Shown: positions 1-12,969 of the stretch, one piece after another
Numbering within the stretch: the stretch's first letter is position 1
Layout of the letters: every line of letters begins with the position of its first letter
NCBI RefSeq assembly: GCF_009834535.1
Contig: NC_045696.1
Span: 107,076,001-107,140,000 of the forward strand
DNA: 64,000 nt
Direction of reading: 5' to 3'
Source of the DNA: Camelus ferus
Taxonomy: Eukaryota
Position numbers and translations under genes: made by a program
The notes under the pieces: model-generated
Seen by the model: only the letters and a program-made list of their open reading frames with translations
Database searches by the model: none
What the model was told of the DNA's origin: nothing

Positions 1-274
1 TTCAACTGTCACTCTCAGGCCCAGTAACCCTTCATTCTAACTCCTTCTGCAAGTCAGAAATCCAAGCCCCATGTCTTCCAAGCTCACTCAAGACCTTTTT
101 GGCTAAGGGCAACCATTTCTTTCCTTCCTTTAACTTTGGAGATTAGAAGATGAAAGCAGAGCAGAAAGATAATCTCTGCCATTCTCCCTGACTTCTTAAA
201 ACCCCTGTTTGTCTCTCTTCCAATCAAGTAGAAGGTAACACTTGGCAACTGTATTTTTACACCCCTACCTCCTC

Positions 275-304
275 TAACTTATATGACTTATAACTTATAT
301 GACT
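275..304. repeat. 16-bp tandem duplication
   Basis: TAACTTATATGACTTA (275-290) followed by TAACTTATATGACT (291-304). Confidence 0.85.
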
Positions 305-599
305 GTTTCACCTCCTTTGAAGATTCCTGTAAGAAAACAAAATGACCCACACAGACAGCTCAGAATCATTTTTAGCTAACTGTGCTCCATAAAATCTTTA
401 CACCTTAAGGAATGTGTATACTTCCTTTTGGATATATAGGTTAAAAAATGTTTACAGTCAGGACTTTCCCATACATATTTTGAATATGGATGAAATTGAG
501 TATTTGTGTTTTATAAGTTGTGAGGATCAATATAGATATTGTGTGAAAATGTAATACAAGAGAGACCTATAAGGTGTTTCAGCCTTCAGCTTCCAGAAG

Positions 600-1900
600 C
601 ATGGCAGTTGAGATATTCTGAAGGGTTCTCAGTTCTAAAATATAATTCTAACCTAGATAAACTATAGCAGATACAATTTTAGTTAGTTACTAGACTATGC
701 AGAAATTTAGGAAAATCTCAAAAGAAGGAAAAAAGACAGCAAGTTGAACCTGATGTTGGGAGTTTGGGCAGTAAGTTAAGCAAAAAGGGTTTCCCTGATT
801 GAAAATGTTGACATTATTAACATCAAATCTGCTACTGGAAAACTGAGCCTTGGTCCTCATTAAAGTGTTGAACTTGAGATTTCAGAATTATTCCAGAATG
901 TTCAAAGGAAGTTAAAGTGTTTCCAGTTTAGTAATTCTCACTGGCTCCAAGCAGACACAAAGAAAATTCCTCTATGGAAAAATCCTTCCCATATGTTGGG
1001 CCCTCAAAAGTCCCACAGAGTAAACATATGCACGCAGCGTGCACACACACACACACACACACACAACTACAAAACCCACACAAGGAAACAAGTAAGCCTG
1101 AATAAGAATCAGTATAAACACAAAAACATAGCTGACATCCAAGCACCTTAAATATTCTCAAAAGCAGACTTTAAAGTAACTATTATGAAATGTTTAAAGA
1201 ATCAAAGATAGAATTTTAACAGTGAGCAAGTAACTAGAAGGTATTAAAAATGACCTAATGGGTTCTCTAAAAGGCCAAAAATGCTTTTAGAAATAAAAAT
1301 ATAATACTTGAAATTAAAATTAAATGGTTGGGTTGAACAGATTAGCTACAACTGAAAAAAAAAAAAAAACTATGAACTGAAATATGGAGCTGAAGAAATT
1401 CTCTCAGTTCAAGCACAGACAAATGAAAAGATGAAAACATAAAAAGTTAAAAGGTGTGGGGAAGAGCAACATGCATCCAACCAGAGTACCAGAGGAAAGA
1501 ATAGAGAGAATGGAGGAGAAAACTGAACAGGAAATGGCTTAGAATTTTCTAGAACTGATAATAAAACATGAATCTTCAGAAATAGGAAGTACAACATAGA
1601 CTAAGCAGGACAAATAAAAATAAACCCACAGACACATTATGGTGAAAGTACAGACCACTAAAGACAAGGAGATCTTAAAGGTACTCAAAGAACAGAAAAA
1701 CAGATCACCCACAAAAGAACAGCAAATGAACAGCAACCATGGAAACTTGAAGTCAGTGAAATGATATGTTCAAAGTGCTGAGAGAAAATGACTGTCAACC
1801 TGGAACTATACTCGGCAAAACTCTCTTGCATATAAACAAAAATTCACAGTGTGCCACCAGGAGAAGTTCAGCAAAGAAATTCTAGAAAATGTGCTTCAGG
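600..1900 (+). mobile_element. Ancient L1 (L1ME/L1M-like) 5' region and ORF1 remnant
   Basis: A-rich decayed ORF1 motifs (gaattttctagaactgat, cacattatggtgaaa, tcaaagtgctgagagaaaatgactgtcaacctggaactata); no intact frame. Confidence 0.75.
1042..1064. repeat. (CA)n microsatellite
   Basis: Direct reading. Confidence 0.95.
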
Positions 1901-2029
1901 TCTCATATTGGTCTTTTATCTAAGACATGCATACTCAGTGAGATGACATCAACCCCTAGGGAGAGAAAATTCATTCTTGGTAGGCATTTAAAAAAAAATC
2001 TTACTCTTTATGCATCTTTTTAAGAAAGC

Positions 2030-2300
2030 TCCAAATCTTAATAATGTCAATTATCTCCAAAATGACCTGTGAATTCACTGCAAATTCTAATCAGGGTTTT
2101 GAAGGAAGCTGGGTAGCTAATTCCAAACTTTATGTGGAAAAGCAAAATGTCCCAAGATACTCCTAAACACTGAAAGTAAGGAAGTCATCTTATCAAATAT
2201 TGAGATGTCTCATAAACTATAGTACTGAAGATAGAGCAGTATTGGCACAGGGATCAACCAGCTGACTGATGGACTAGAACAGAGAGACCAGAAACAGCCC
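2030..2300 (+). mobile_element. Ancient L1 ORF2 fragment
   Basis: ctaattccaaactttatgtggaaaagcaaaa ... gtattggcacagggat ... agaacagagagaccagaaa resemble L1 ORF2 downstream of the RT domain. Confidence 0.7.
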
Positions 2301-2663
2301 CTGCGCGTGTGGGGTGGAGAATGCTCACCCCAGCACAGCCAGCAAGAGTGCCATTGCCTGTCTTTGGTTCTCCTAAACCAGTCACTGGCCTGCGATATTT
2401 GGGGATGTGATGATACCACCCCTAGAGCCAGAGGAGGGACAGACCCTGTTAAACCACAAGGACAGAGAATAGGGAAAGGGAGATGTCCCCCAAAAGAAAC
2501 AGAGGCACCAATGAGCAAAAAAGGGAAATGGATGCCAAGAGGAAAAAAAAAATATCCACTACACGTGCTGTAGACCAGTTCTCATAAAAGTGATGTCTTT
2601 TGTGGTGAGAGGAATATGAACGTTGGTACAAAGTATCCACAAAGGTGGCCATGCAGGCACACA

Positions 2664-2664
<1 letters not shown>

Positions 2665-2716
<52 letters not shown>
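2665..2716. repeat. (AC)26 microsatellite
   Basis: Direct reading. Confidence 0.97.
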
Positions 2717-2719
<3 letters not shown>

Positions 2720-2839
2720 TATGGGAGCTGTTCATTTCACTCGTGCCCTTGTCTTTTGCTTTCAGGTGAATTCTTTAGTCCCATTCTGGGTCCTCTGTAT
2801 CATTATCTCTGAACATTTTTCTCAAAACAATATATTTTC

Positions 2840-3028
2840 AGAGGATGGGTATAGCTCAGTGGTAGAGCACATGTGCAGCATGCATGAGGTCCTGGGTTCA
2901 ATCCCCAGTATCTCCGTTAAAAAAAAAAAGTAAAAAAAATTTTTTTAATAAAAAGAAGAACCTCACCTCCTGCAGGAGAGGATAATTAGTGGTGATGCTA
3001 TCAGTTTAGCAAAAGCAAAACAAAAAAA
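2840..3028 (+). mobile_element. Vic-1-like tRNA-derived SINE with extended 3' tail
   Basis: A box TAGCTCAGTGG, B box GGTTCAATCC, A tail; TSD AAAACAA(T/C)ATATTTTC at 2824-2839 and 3029-3044. Confidence 0.9.
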
Positions 3029-3714
3029 AAAACAACATATTTTCCTCTTACTGTTCTATTGAAGCATTTCCCAAAGTACGTCTACAGTCTCCAAATGCCT
3101 GGGATGTTACTGATTAATTTTTTTTAATCCATCATGAAATAAGTCCAGGAATAGTTCACCTAAGCACCATGTCATTAACTGCCATACTCCTTGACCCTGG
3201 AGCCTTTAACATGATGATGGGAACTGAGAATCTTCTAGAATGTGTTCCAATGCCTGAGCTCCTACCACTCATACTCCTTACACCAGTGACCCAAGGCATC
3301 CTCTCTTCTGCAGGTGGTGATAACCAGCAAGAGCAGACCTTCTTTAAAGACTCCAGGGGGCCAGTTTCCCCTAAGAGTTCTCCCACTGTGGAGGCACTCC
3401 CAAATGTGGGAATGTGGGAACATAGTCAGGGCAGGTCACAGATTCTGTCCCATCCTGTTTCCTGCCCATTCTACTGCTCCTCAGGCCCTGTCTCACCCAT
3501 CCAGAGCAATCAACCTGCCAAAGTATAACGAGAGGGTTAGCTTTTCTTCTACCTCTCAATTTCCTCTGATGGGATTACATTAAAATTTTTAAGTATTTTT
3601 TTAAACTTCATTTCAACTTAGCATTGAGTTAAGGGCTATTACTCTAATAGACCTCCACATAAAATTTCACTAGCAGCCCCCTTAGTAAGTGTTAGTTTGG
3701 AAAAGAAAACATAG

Positions 3715-3835
3715 GATTAAATTGAAGGATCTGGGTTTCAGTCCTGGTTTCTCCACTCCCATCAATGTGAACTTGAGAAGATTCATGAATTACCAAACCT
3801 CAGTTTTCTCACCTGTAAATGGGGATAGTGTATGT
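3715..3835 (+). mobile_element. MIR SINE (5' part)
   Basis: ctgggtttcagtcctgg...cctcagttttctcacctgtaaatggggata matches the MIR core. Confidence 0.85.
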
Positions 3836-3899
3836 GCGTCAGACACTCATAATTATGTTATCTGTACAACCACATTCAGACACTGACACCCACCCTCGG

Positions 3900-4072
3900 A
3901 AGTTGATATCATCTCCGAGTAACTATTATCTCCTTTTTATTGAAGAGGGGACTGAGGCACAGAGATGGTAAACAACTTGTCCAAGGACACATATCTAAGC
4001 AGATGACCCAGCCTGGATTTGAATACAGAGAGCTATTCGGAGCCTACACTCTTGACCGCCATGTTGTGCTGC
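3900..4072 (-). mobile_element. MIR SINE
   Basis: gaagaggggactgaggcacagagatggtaaacaacttgtccaaggacaca...ggatttgaa is the reverse complement of MIR. Confidence 0.85.
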
Positions 4073-4629
4073 TTCTTAACTGGGGTTGAACGCAAATTAA
4101 ACAAGACAACGTATGTTAAGACATTTTCCTGCCCAACTCCCAGACTATAGGTGTCAGGTAGAAAGTGATTATATTTCACCATCTTGTATCCTTTTCACTG
4201 GGACTTGGTCTCTGATAACACGCATTTAAAATACTACACTTCTGAAATACTTCCACACAGTTGGTAACAAGCCACTGCCTCAAGTCTCTTCCCCAAGATT
4301 TCCCCTGATCTCCTCAGACCCAGCCACTGAAGAGTTAACCCCTGGCACACAGCAGGGGGCCCTCCAGGGACACAGGAAGTAACAGTAAACCTTTGTTGAG
4401 TGAAGGACTGGCTCAGGAAACCAAACCCAAAGTCAGGTCCTTGGTAAACAGTAGATGTGGAATTTGGACCCAGGTCTGCCTGACTCCCAAACCCATCATG
4501 TGGGCTCCAGAGAACAGAGCATCCACAAGCCTCTGTGTCTGAGGCACTTAAGACCCGACAGCCAGAACAGAGCTAGACTCTAGAACCTGGATGCAAATTC
4601 CGACTGCTTACCTGGCTTGCAAGTTTCCC

Positions 4630-5005
4630 CATCCCATCTCCCTGACCTCATCGCTGCCTCTCTCCCCTCACTCTGGCTGCACCAGCTTCTTACTGCTCCT
4701 TGGCCATGCTTGGTTTCCACGGCTTGGGAGCGCCCCCCAGAAGATTCTCACCTTCTGGCTTTTCATCATTCAAGTCACATCTGAAATGTCCCCTCCCCAG
4801 AGAGGACTTCCCAGACCACCAGACAGTAAGGCTGCAGTTCTGCCAACCACCACACCCTTGTCACAATCACCTGAGGTATTATCTTTTGTTTTCTGGTCTC
4901 TGTTTTTGCTTCCCTCTTACTAGCATGTAAATACCAGGAAGTCAGCCTCTCTGCTTCACTCTTGTGCCCGCAGCTCCCAGCACGTTTCTGAATAACTGGA
5001 TGAGG
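4630..5005 (+). mobile_element. L2 LINE 3' end
   Basis: tcattcaagtcacatctgaaatgtcccctccccagagaggacttccc, actagcatgtaa, cccagcac: L2 3' motifs. Confidence 0.8.
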
Positions 5006-5129
5006 GGTAAGTTTGGATGTTCAGGAAATGATCGCCAACTGGTTACAGCAGGCAAAGGCCCGACAGCTTTGAAATACAGCAGAAAACACCCAAGGAAGCC
5101 AGATTCCGGCAGCGATCCATCCTCCTGCC

Positions 5130-5900
5130 AACAGTGAGTGAGCATCTGCTGTAAGCCAGGTACCATCCCAGGTCCTGGGGGTTCACAAGGGAACTGACAA
5201 AAATCCCCGCCCCCACGAGGTTTTTCTAGTAGAATAATGCAGGCAATACATAGATACAGGAGTGAAACAGAGCGCTTGGCGGATGGTGCTAAGTGCTAAG
5301 GGCGAAACTGAAATACCAAGCAGCAGCGTTAGGGGGCGTAGGGGAGCGGAGAGCGTGTCAACTGCTGCGTCACTAAAAGACTGGAGGCCGGGAACAGGGA
5401 GCCACGTGGGTGTCTAGGGGATGAGCATTCCACTTGTAAGTAACTGGAAGCCCGAAGGCCCTCGTGCAAATATGCCTGGTGAAAAATATCTCTCTAGGAA
5501 ATGCAAGGAGGCCGGAGTGGGCGTGCAGTAGGAGATTAGGACGCAAGGGAACCTTGAGGGAGATGGGAACCCCTGGAGGGATTTGAGCAGAGGAGAGACA
5601 GGCTCTGCTCTCTGAGCACAAGCTGGACGGTGCAGCCGAGGGGAGGGAAGGCAGAGAGCAGCTTCTGGGCCGTAGCATTGCAATCACACAAGCAAGGGAC
5701 CCTGGTGGCTTGGACCAGAGTGACAGGGGTGGAGTAGGGGACAAGTGGTCAATTCTGAGTGCCTGAGGTCAGAGCCCACAGATATGGAAAGAGAGAAGGA
5801 ATAAACAAGCAGAGACACTTTGAATCTTTTTTGTCAATGATGACGCAGCCGGGAGCAAGAAGAAGTGTGGGAAAGGAGCCTGTTAACAGGGAGATGGACC
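5130..5900 (-). mobile_element. L2 LINE 3' region
   Basis: gagcatctgctgtaagccaggtac..., gggatttgagcagaggagagaca, ggtggcttggaccagagtg: L2 reverse complement. Confidence 0.8.
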
Positions 5901-6068
5901 TTGGGTTTGGGGCAGGAACGCCAGATGCCAGTGGGGAGACACGGCATCACCAGACAAGAGAGGAGGGGAAAAGGGTGAAGAAAATCTTTCTGGGTGTGGT
6001 GTCTCTGTCTCTGAGAAGCTGAGTCTCTAAAGAAAGCATCGTTTTCAGGAGGCCAACCCCCTGACAGA

Positions 6069-6233
6069 CAAAGCCAGTTTCATGGGCAGGCTGGTGACCT
6101 GTGCAGTCGCACAGAAGGGGCCTTGAGCTTGGTTTAACACTCTGCTGTCACTGTCTTGAAATTCCTAATAATTTTAACAAGGACTCCTACACTTCCATTT
6201 TGCACGAGACCCCACATATCTTGCAGCCAGTGC
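6069..6233 (+). mobile_element. MER45A-like hAT (Tip100) DNA transposon fossil
   Basis: gacctgtgcagtcgcacag...cttggtttaacactctgctgtcactgtcttgaaattcctaataatttt matches the recalled MER45A consensus. Confidence 0.75.
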
Positions 6234-6297
6234 TTTGGGCAGCGCTCTCCACTTACCTGCTACCACATTTATAAAGTCTCCAGATGGGACGTTCTGT

Positions 6298-6358
6298 GGG
6301 AATGGCTGAGATGATGACATTGGAAGAGGGAATGGCTGAGATGATGACACTGGAAGAG
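6298..6358. repeat. 30-bp tandem duplication, 1 mismatch
   Basis: GGGAATGGCTGAGATGATGACA(T/C)TGGAAGA x2. Confidence 0.95.
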
Positions 6359-7754
6359 TCCTTGGACTCTCCCGGGGAAGGGGATGCTGTGTTCACCTGT
6401 GCTGTAAGCAGGATGGTGGTGACTCCAGGAACATTAGCACATGGCCCTGGACCAGAGGGCCTTGTTGGCCTCTTTAAAAAGAGAAAAGGACAAGAACAGC
6501 AGAAACAATGTCTCGGGTGGAAAAATACAGCATTCCATCTTTCTGTAGTTTATCTCTGCCCTCCAAAAACAAATGCATCAAGGAATGGTCCCAGCAACCA
6601 AGGTTGTCATTTTGATTGGTGCCAAAAATTGGGACCCAGCCACAGTCTTATGATTGATTCTGAGGCACAGAACAGAAAACATTAATATTGATTTATCTGT
6701 TCATTCTCTTTATTCACTGTTCATCCATTTACCCAGACTAGCTGTAGCAAGTAGACACTAGAAAATTAAATTTAAAACAACTCCTCTCTCCTAGGTAGAC
6801 TCATTCTCCTTCTCCTGCTCCTAGGGCTGTGATTCCAGCAAGTGAAAGCATCCATTAATTTCATTTTTTAAATATCATGCAATCCATTGAGGGGGAAAGG
6901 GGAGGACTCACAAAAATAATGTTGGAATAATGTAAACCAAAAACAGTGAGATTGACAGAATTTGTTCCTTTAAGGATGGTTTTTTTGGAGCCATGTGGAA
7001 AATCAGAAAAGGGGGCAAGAGCAGCTTATTAAGCTGGTATTCACATCTTCTGGCACTAGAATAATAAACATCCTTTGGTCCTCACGCAGCATCCTTCAGT
7101 GCAGCCCAGACACTCCACATCACAAAAATATGGCAGAGTCTCTCCCTGTGACCTTTACTAAGATACAGAAACCTAGAGTGTTTACATTTCTATTGGGGCA
7201 CCTTTAATGGGAAGCAATGGACAAATAACCAAATATGTCTTAATCATCTGTTAGGTACAAGCACTATAATCACCTTATTGAAAAGGGACAATGAGGGTTT
7301 GCTGTCAGAGGGCTGAACTGAATCTTGTAGAATGCTCTGGTTTACAGCACCCATGACGGACAAGCCACAGCAGCATCTTCAGCATATACTGTCTTGCTTA
7401 CCTCAGTGCCCCAGTCACCCAGCTCCAAAGGTCCAAATATGAGATCCTTCATCACATCACACTCCAAACCCTACCATGGAATCAGGCTGTGACCTCCTCT
7501 CTTTCCCTCTTTTCTTCTCCTTTTCTCTCTCTCTGTTATTCTCTCTCTCTCACGTACAGACATACACATAATTGCAAAGTAAAAAGTGAAAAAACAAAAG
7601 CCAGACATTGAAAAGAGAGTTAAATAACGGGCAGACTATCAAGACAACTGAATACTAAACAGTCATTCTTAATGGGAAGGTTGCAGAATTATGTGCCCAG
7701 AGCAGAAGATGAAAGCACATGGACACAGATCACAAAAACACAAGCTGTAAAAGC

Positions 7755-7863
7755 AGAATATGAAAAGGATTATATGTATGTATATGTATGACTGAAACAT
7801 TATGCTGTGCACCAGAAATTGACACATTGTAAGCTGACTATACTTCAATAAATTTTTTAAAAA
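7755..7863 (+). mobile_element. Very short 5'-truncated camelid-type L1 3' tail
   Basis: tatgactgaaacattatgctgtgcaccagaaattgacacattgtaagctgactatacttcaata, homologous to 9870-9980. Confidence 0.85.
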
Positions 7864-9329
7864 GATGGAAATATCTGTTTATCTGGACAGAAGGACATCA
7901 TCATCATTCTGAAAAGAAAAGTGATTGGTTTGAGGCCACTTAGGCCTACCTAGTGTACACTGATGTAGTTCCCCCACCAGATTAGCCTCATTCCTGGGAA
8001 TCCATCTGGGGGTTTGAGGACCAAGCCCAGCTAACAGCAAAGTGTCATTTTTCCTGCTTTGCTGTAGTGGTACCTATCTCATGGAAGGCCAGATTCTTCC
8101 ATTACTCCTGAAACAAGATCCAAGAAACCCAATCATGTCACTTTACATCAAAAGCAGAAAAATTTTTAAAAGACCGAGAATTAATTTATTTGCTTAGAAT
8201 TAGTTCTCCATGGGTTAAAATGACAAACTAAGCAAAATCCAGCTTTACTTGGCAATTAACTAATGGGACTTAAAAGGATGCCCTTCCTCCAGCAGATGTT
8301 TTGCCATCCTGAATTAGCAACAGGAGTTAAGGGTTGTGTTTTTATGACCCAGTTTTCAGTGTATACCCCCGTTTTGAGATAAGACAACTGATATACTCAA
8401 AAAGACTTTCCTTCAGTCAGATCTGTACCTATGTTTTTAAAATAAGAGGTTATATTAAAGGAAATTCATTTCTCATTGCCACTCCTTTATAATACATTAA
8501 GTACTTTGAAAATCATTACTTATTTCTTTTCAAAAGAGAATTGAATTTACGAAGGAAGCTTATCTAAGTTCTTTAAGATTCGGAAAGTAATTCCTGAGAT
8601 AGGCCTGTATTCATTTCAAGTGAAAATTTTACTTAAACATAGGAAGCCACAAGATTAAAAATGAAGGTTCTTTGAAATGTTTTAAATTTTGCTTTGAAAA
8701 AAAAGATCCCAGAAAAATGTGACTTCTAAGATTATTTCCAAAAGCAACCCTCTGACCCAACACTGACTGTGCCTTTGCATAATCAAAGCTCTGGAATCAA
8801 CTCTGTTTGCAAGACAACAGAGTAATCTTCTCCCAAGACTACAAAAGACATTGGTGAGTGTTCCCTTTTTTTACCTTAAAAGCTATGGAACTATAGTTAT
8901 CCAGATGATATACAGTGTTGCTTTTTAAAATAATGCAAATTTAAATTAGACAACAAACCTAGCATCATTTGGGGTTCATTGTAAGTCATTCTAATTTATT
9001 AGTATGTTTTATCCTTCCCTCTTTTTATGGTAGTATCTACTTTTTAGCACAATAAAGCCAATACACTTGAAAAAGAAGGTGTACATGACAATCTCCTGTA
9101 CCACCTGGGGTAGAGCATCTTCTCTTTGGTACCTGAATACAGATGTGTTTCTAGTTAGTTTACTCAACTCAGATGGCATACCAACCTCAATAAACCACAG
9201 AGCAATCCTTTCAGAGTCTTGTCAGAAGCTGGGAACAAGAAACAGAATCAGTGGTCAAATTTTTGCCGTATCCTAAGCCATCAGGATCCATTTTGTTTTA
9301 TGAATTATTTTCACAAAATGTCAAGGAAG

Positions 9330-11100
9330 GGATACTCTTCATCCTATAGAAGATGTTTCAAGGAAGAAAGAAAGGAAAGCCACCAACTAATTTTACCAAG
9401 TGAATAACAAATTTAATAACAAAACTAGAGAAGTACAGAGAGAGACAGTCATAGACCAATCTTAATTATAACATAGATGAAAGGGTCCTAAAATATTAAT
9501 AAATCAAATCCAGTAGTGTGTTTTTTAAATTATATCATAATCATTTGGAGTTCAGCCCAAGATGCAAAGAAACTTCACCATCAGAATCTATTAAGAAGGA
9601 AAGAAAAATACCATATGATATCACTCATATATGGAATCTAAAAAAAGAAAAAAGAAAAAAAGGACACTATGAACTCATCTACAAAACAGAAACAGACTCA
9701 CAGACATAGTAAACAATCTTATGATTACCAGGGAAAAGGGGTGGGAAGGGATAAATTTGGGATTATGAGATTTGCAAATGTTAGCCACTATATATAAAAA
9801 TAGATTTTAAGAAAACAAGTTTCTTCTGTACAGCACAGGGAACTATATTCAATGTCTTGTAATAACCTTTAATGAAAAAGAATATGAAAACAAATATATG
9901 TATATATATATGCATGACTGGGACATCGTGCTGTACACCATAAATTGACACATTGTAACTGACTATACTTCAATTAAAAAAAATTTTTTTAAGAATCTAT
10001 TAAGATGTTACTCACATTAATGAAGTAAAAAGGGAAAACCTCAATAGATGCTGAAAAATCATTTGTTAAAATTAAACACCCATGCATGGCTTTTAACATG
10101 CTTTTAGTGAACTGTGAGTAGGAGAGAATTCTCTTAATAGAATTTTAAAAAACTATTCATCAAAACCTAGAGCAAACATAACACATAGTGATGAGAATTT
10201 AGAAACATCGCCGTTAAAGTCAGAAATAGAATAAAGATGGCTGCTCTCCTTGCATCAGCATTGTTGTAGAGGTACTAGACCACACAGTAAGAAAAGGGGA
10301 ACAAAAGCAAGAAACTTGGAAAGACATTAAATTGCTACTATTTGTAATTATTATTTTCTACTTTAAAATGCAAGATAATCTACAGACCAACCATTCAAAG
10401 CAACAAGAGACTTTTTGCTGGTTACAAAGTCAATATACTAAAATCAGTAACTTTCCTACACACTAGCAATAACCATTTTAAAATGCAATAGAATGCATAT
10501 GCTCATAAAATTCTAAATAGCAGCAAAACTTTAAAAAAGACTAGGAATAAATCTAACAAAAAATTTTAAGAGAGAATTATAAAATATTAAGAAAGGACAT
10601 AAAAGAAGTCTTGGATAAATAAGATATATCTCATTCATGGATGGGAACCTGAATAAAGATGTGATTTTTTTTTTCCGTTAAGATCAATGTGATTCTAATC
10701 TCAGTGACAGGAGTGGAATTTAGCAAATCAATTCTGAAGTTCATATGGAAGAGTACAGTTCCAAGAAGAGTCGATACAATTCTTAAAAAGAACAAGGATC
10801 GTGCTGGTACATATCAAGATATCATAAACTTTATAGTAATTAAAACAGCATGCTATTAGTGAAAAGACAGATAAAGAGATGAATGAAACAGAATAGGAAG
10901 GCTGGAGATACGGCATAAGATAGAGATCTGCTTATATGGTAGAAGGGAAAGGATAAAATATTCAGTTAATAATGTTGGAAAATTTGGCTTTCTATGTAGA
11001 AAACAAACAATAGTCTTACATAAACTGACATAAAAATACATTCCAGATGAATTAAAGGCATAAATATAAAAATCAAAACTATACAAAGAAAAAGAAAGCA
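9330..11100 (+). mobile_element. Ancient L1M ORF2 (RT region) remnant, interrupted by a young L1
   Basis: tagaccaatct...aacatagatg, tcaatagatgctgaaaaatcattt, caaagtcaatatactaaaatcagtaactttcctacacactagcaat. Confidence 0.8.
9597..9991 (+). mobile_element. Young 5'-truncated camelid-type L1 3' UTR
   Basis: Perfect 14-bp TSD AGAATCTATTAAGA at 9583-9596 and 9992-10005; A-rich tail. Confidence 0.93.
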
Positions 11101-11109
11101 AAATTGGCT

Positions 11110-12950
11110 TCCCATTAAAGCTAGAAAGTCTGATGCGTATGTTAGCTTTCACTTCCTTCTTAAATCCCAGTAAAATAACAGTCAACGGATTTCTGAGACA
11201 TAAAACCACAGAAACAAAAGGAATGGGGAAACAAACAGCAGCAGCAAAATGTGTGATCCGACAAGCAGGTGGATGAGCAGTAACTTAGTTAACAGATCCC
11301 AGAAAGCCAAATTCTAGATTGGCAGTGAAGAAATTAAAAAGCAACCTGATAGACTGAACAAAATCACCATAAGATTTATCAGTTGACTTTACCAGTACTA
11401 CTGGACGTGAGGCTAAAAGTGAGTTATAAACAAACAAAAAAATTGGTTAAAGTATATTTAAGAAGCATTTAGATCCCCAAGTCCTCATCCTCACTTTGCC
11501 CACCAGGGAAACTGCCCCTCCCTGACCCCATAGTTTATTCTCTGGAGAGGGTGAAATAGAAAGACTGTGAGTTGGGGGACACCAGCCTAGTTAAGGGCAA
11601 GGGCACCTTAGGAAAATAGGGAGATTAAAGTAAAAGTTTTAACTCTGAAGGTCGACACTCCCAGCTTTTTTTCTCTACTTGGTTCCCCAAATTCTGACAG
11701 CCAGACTTACGTATATTCCAACCAAGAACATGAAAAGTCTTTTCTAGGGGAAAGGTGCCAAGAAAAAGATCTAAAGAAAATTACAGAGAGAGTTTATAAA
11801 CCAAATGGCACAGCCAAATCTGCCTATATGAAGCCTCCAGTTAGCAAGTCCCAATCAGGTTTAGTGTCCCATTCAAATATGAGAGGACAACCAAAGGTCC
11901 CAGGCATGTGAAGAAGTCCTCCAGTTGAAAGACAGAAGTTCACAGGGCAATTTGAAAACAACAGACTCCATGTTACCTCATTCTGAGGGTTAAAAGTTAA
12001 AGTTGAAAGACTATCCCTTAAAGTAGGACGTAAAGTCTAAAAAGAGGGAAAAGTTTTAAAAGAGAAACTATAGCTTTCAGTGAGTGTGAAGTCAAAGAGA
12101 TCCCAGCCAGACGAGGATGTCAGCTCTAAGTCCTGCCAGCCCTTTGACCCTCCCCTGAATCTCCTCAATAAAATGGTTTGACCCTAGAAAATAAATAAAT
12201 AAATGAGAAAGAAACTATAAAAACTTAGAGTGAAATTATTGGAGAAATAATTCAAGAAATTTCCCAGATCTGAAGAACATGAGTTTTCAGCCTGAACAAG
12301 TCCAGTTACTGCCCAGAACAATGGGTGACAGCCCCCATCAGGACGTGCCATCTTGAAAGTTTGGAGTACCAGAAGACTCTTCAAACTCCCAAAGAGGAAA
12401 AACAATAGCAAGAAGTGTCAAATGAAGAAAAATTATAAGAATAAAAATTATATGAAGAATTAAATGAAGAAAAATTGTAAGAATATCCAACCCTAAATAA
12501 TACCATTCTAAAGGCAGAAGGTGTCTAAAGACGCCTCTACAATTTTTCTGAAAGAAAATTATTTTCAATCTAAAATTATACGTCCAACAAAAGTACTGTA
12601 AGTGTAAGAGCAAAATAAAGCATTTTGAGACATTCAAGTTCTCAAAAAATTTTCTCTCCCATGCATTATTTCTCAGGAAGCTACTGTAACAGGGTCTTTG
12701 CCAAAACAAAGGGCTAAACCAAGAAAGAGAAAGATAGGGAATAGGAAAGAAGAAATTCAATTCGGGAAAGGCAAAAGGGAAATTCTTAGGATAACAGATG
12801 CATTGCCAGCGTAGAAGGCAATCAGTTCTGACTGGGGGAGGTTAGAAAATCCCAGGGGCCACTTCTTCAGGAAGACACTTTTGATGGCATATCTGATGTG
12901 TTTGACCACATCAAGAGGAGAGTTTCACATGTTCATTCAATTAAGTACTA
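11110..12950 (+). mobile_element. HAL1 (half-L1) element remnant
   Basis: ORF1-like gaaataattcaagaaatttcccagatctgaag and HAL1-type ctcaaaaaattttctctcccatgcattatttctcaggaagctactg; homologous to 45020-45300. Confidence 0.7.
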
Positions 12951-12969
12951 TACAGAAATTTAAATGAGC

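Noticed and set aside
2841..2915. tRNA-Ala-like genes (also at 19527, 37087 and 45094)
   Set aside because: They have A- or TA-rich tails, shared non-tRNA 3' sequence and, in three cases, TSDs, so they are SINE copies and not tRNA genes.
3169..3528. 119-aa ATG ORF with an internal acceptor-like site at about 3313
   Set aside because: No recognisable homology and no good downstream donor.
6069..6233. MER53/miR-1302-type palindromic element
   Set aside because: The sequence fits MER45A and lacks the GGGACATACTTAT core.
6298..6358. CRISPR-like 30-bp repeats
   Set aside because: Only two adjacent copies with no spacer, in mammalian DNA with no cas genes.
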